A DNA stretch of 64,000 bases, from contig JADIIX010000084.1 in assembly GCA_027604505.1 (NCBI GenBank), positions 1-64,000 of the forward strand. The letters run 5' to 3'. This document shows, one piece after another, positions 61,688 to 64,000 of the stretch; position 1 is the first letter of the stretch; each line of letters begins with the position of its first letter. Origin of the DNA: Gonapodya sp. JEL0774. Lineage: Eukaryota. Under the pieces are notes generated by a model, which was given only the letters and a program-made list of their open reading frames with translations, was not told the origin of the DNA and did no database searches. The position numbers and the translations under genes were made by a program.

Positions 61688-61999
61688 GCCAAATGGTTAA
61701 TTCGTGGAAGTATGTTTTTATTATGGAAGGCACTTGAAAGCTAGAGAGGAACCGCCCGACTCCTGACCACGGGGAAACCGTTATGAACTAATAAAGTAAG
61801 CTGCTATATACGAATAGAAAAGAATGAGCACAAATCAATATCAAGATTCATAGACTGCATATGACACGGCAAAGAACAGCGCTTCTCTGAACAAATAGCC
61901 CATTCACGAAGGGGGGACATCAGGTACGATTTCAACAACTAATTAGTCCAAATCGGGAAGGTCGCAGGGTTCAAGTGGCAATCCGTTCATTGATTCAAA

Positions 62000-64000
62000 A
62001 TGGCGGCGACCGTCGAAGGCAGCTTGTCTTTTTCATCGAGGAACGGAGCGAGTATGGCCTCTCGAAGCTTGCCTTCGTCTGAGTCGCTTCCCAATATCCG
62101 CACCGAAACTGTATCCTCACCGCGGCCCCGCCCGAAAACGAGCATCTTTGATCGGCGGGCCTCTGGACTTGGCGGGACAGCATCCAGCACGACGAAACCT
62201 CGGCCTAAATCCATGATGATGTTGGTGTCTTCGCCTCTGGCTGCCTACCCGCCGATTCCCGCAGCCACTCAAATTCCAAACTGTTCGCCAAGCACTGCAA
62301 CAGAAACACTGGTGCGCGCATGCGAGGATGGGGATATCTCACTTCTTGAGGAGGCTTTGTGTCGTGGAGCGAATCCTAATGCGAGAAAACTGGTTCAGCT
62401 CTGCGCTCATGTACCTGAGCGCATAAAATCGGGATTGTTCTTTAAGAAGCACGAGACAGTCTGTGAATCAAAAATTGACTCTCAGCCCGCAGAGAGCGCT
62501 CTTGCACTGGCGATTCGTGGGGGACGGGTGGACATTGTGGCCTTGCTCTTGGATGTTGGTGAGAACATTGGTTTTCGCGAGTGAAATCTTGCCAGCAAAA
62601 TCCAACACAAACACATCACTAACCCGAGCGTTTTGTACTCCTGACGCTTTCTTCACACTGAAACATCACTAGGTGCAGATGCTGGATTGCCCATTTCTTG
62701 GCAGGTGCCTAATTGCACTGCCAACTGGAGCAAACAGTTTTGGGAGACCCAACGCTGGTCTCCTAAGGAAACTTACGGATTTCCGTCCGCTCTTTCGTTC
62801 GCTCTCGCGCGAGGAAATCACGCATTTAATCTCCCCGGTGGCAAGATCACAGTGACCAACCCGTCCAAACCAGAACATTCCCGCCGGCGATACATTTTGG
62901 AACCCAGCATCTCAATAGTGAAATTGATCCTCGATCGCGTCGCAGGGAACCCAGAAGCTGCGGCTGAAGCCACACGTGCACTTAATGAACGTGAACTGAG
63001 GGAGCTTGCGCCCGTCATCGGGTGGGCCTCGAGAGAGATTTCAGAATTCCGGCGAATGCAAAGGGAGAGACAACAGGAGGCTGCTGCGTTGGAGGCCCTT
63101 TTGGACACTCAGGCAGCTCGTGTGGGAGAGTTGCAGTCCAAGGTTGCTGAACTGGAGCGAGCGCTGAAGGTCAAAGATCACGCTCTGGCCGTACAAGAAG
63201 CTTACGCCATGCGAGAAGGAGGACGTGTGACGGTCGTACCACCAATCCGTGTTGCTGAGCAGTCGGAGAACGGCGGAGAGATTTGTAAGTTGGAGGCCCA
63301 GCCCCCGTCGAGATATCGACACTCTAAGCAACAAGAAGGCTGATAATCCTTTTTCTCTTAATATTTCTGGTCTGGTCTGGTCAGCAATTGGGTTTGATGT
63401 AAGCAACATGGATACACTCGAACGGTAGGTTGACCTGCGCGGAAACAAACTCCTCCAGCCCCACATATCAAACGATGTGCTACCCACAGGAACATCTACC
63501 TAGCCAGAAATCAGCAGTACCAAACACCTGCCTCACCCACCAGTTCACAGAGCCAAGATGACGAGACGCTCCGCAGATCGACGTTCTCGTCTCGTCGAAA
63601 CTCGGTCATACAACTCGCCCGTCCAGCATCGGTCGTGCTTCTTCCAAACGGAAAGGTCATGGAATGGGGGAGCACACCGGCCATAGTCCTCGAGGAAGCG
63701 TCCGACGCGGGAGGGTCGGGGGAAGGGGAACATGAATCAGACGAAGACCAAACGTTCGGAGACGACGCAGAATGGGAAAATACCCCGGAGAGTGGTGGTG
63801 CACAAAAGTACGAGCTTGTCGCTGAGGATGGACCGGATGAGGATGGGAAAGGTACCAGAGGGCGCGCAGTGCGGGCTCCGGTCGCAGGTTCGCGACCTAC
63901 ACCGAAACTAGTGAAGCAGCCAGCATTTCATCGGCAGTCTCTTATGCAGGAAATTGCGGAGATGACAGCGGCAATGAAATGGTTTGGGACATTCGAAAGA
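62000..64000 (+). CDS. Ankyrin-repeat / coiled-coil protein, 3' end probably outside the window
   Basis: LVRACEDGDISLLEEALCRGANPN; ESALALAIRGGRVDIVALLLD|GADA; PSALSFALARG; coiled coil QQEAAALEALLDTQAARVGELQSKVAELERALK. Confidence 0.75.

Noticed and set aside
1..64000. tRNA, rRNA or intact transposase/RT genes
   Set aside because: None recognised by eye. tRNAscan-SE, Infernal and RepeatMasker would be needed to exclude them.

Overview
Eukaryotic, intron-rich, gene-dense DNA (GT-AG introns, mostly 50-100 nt). It most likely comes from a zoosporic (flagellated) fungus: fungal-type metabolic genes sit beside ciliary/centriolar genes (RSPH4/6 radial spoke head, WRAP73/WDR8, Tubby). About 22 protein-coding genes can be reconstructed by eye: RPS25, WRAP73, PEX16, a GT10 fucosyltransferase, an EF-hand-like protein, an Eat-like APC permease, mitochondrial uL15, a standalone HisD, a Tubby protein with an Sld2/RecQ4-N-like domain, a head-to-head pair of ABCG half transporters, an agmatinase, HAT1, a bicupin, a C2H2 factor, a kynurenine aminotransferase-like enzyme, NOP16, RSPH4/6, a Cys-rich/TM/SH3 protein, DAK, a BTB protein, an ankyrin protein and a hypothetical membrane protein. 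The first ~7.5 kb is repeat-rich, with a 58-bp tandem array beside an N gap and GGGTT-type repeats. Best candidate for an undescribed system: the divergent ABCG pair, which parallels the ABCG5/ABCG8 arrangement, shares degenerate Q-loop and signature motifs, and has enlarged extracellular loops. All calls come from manual translation and recalled family motifs, with no database searches. Gene spans include introns and some ends are approximate.
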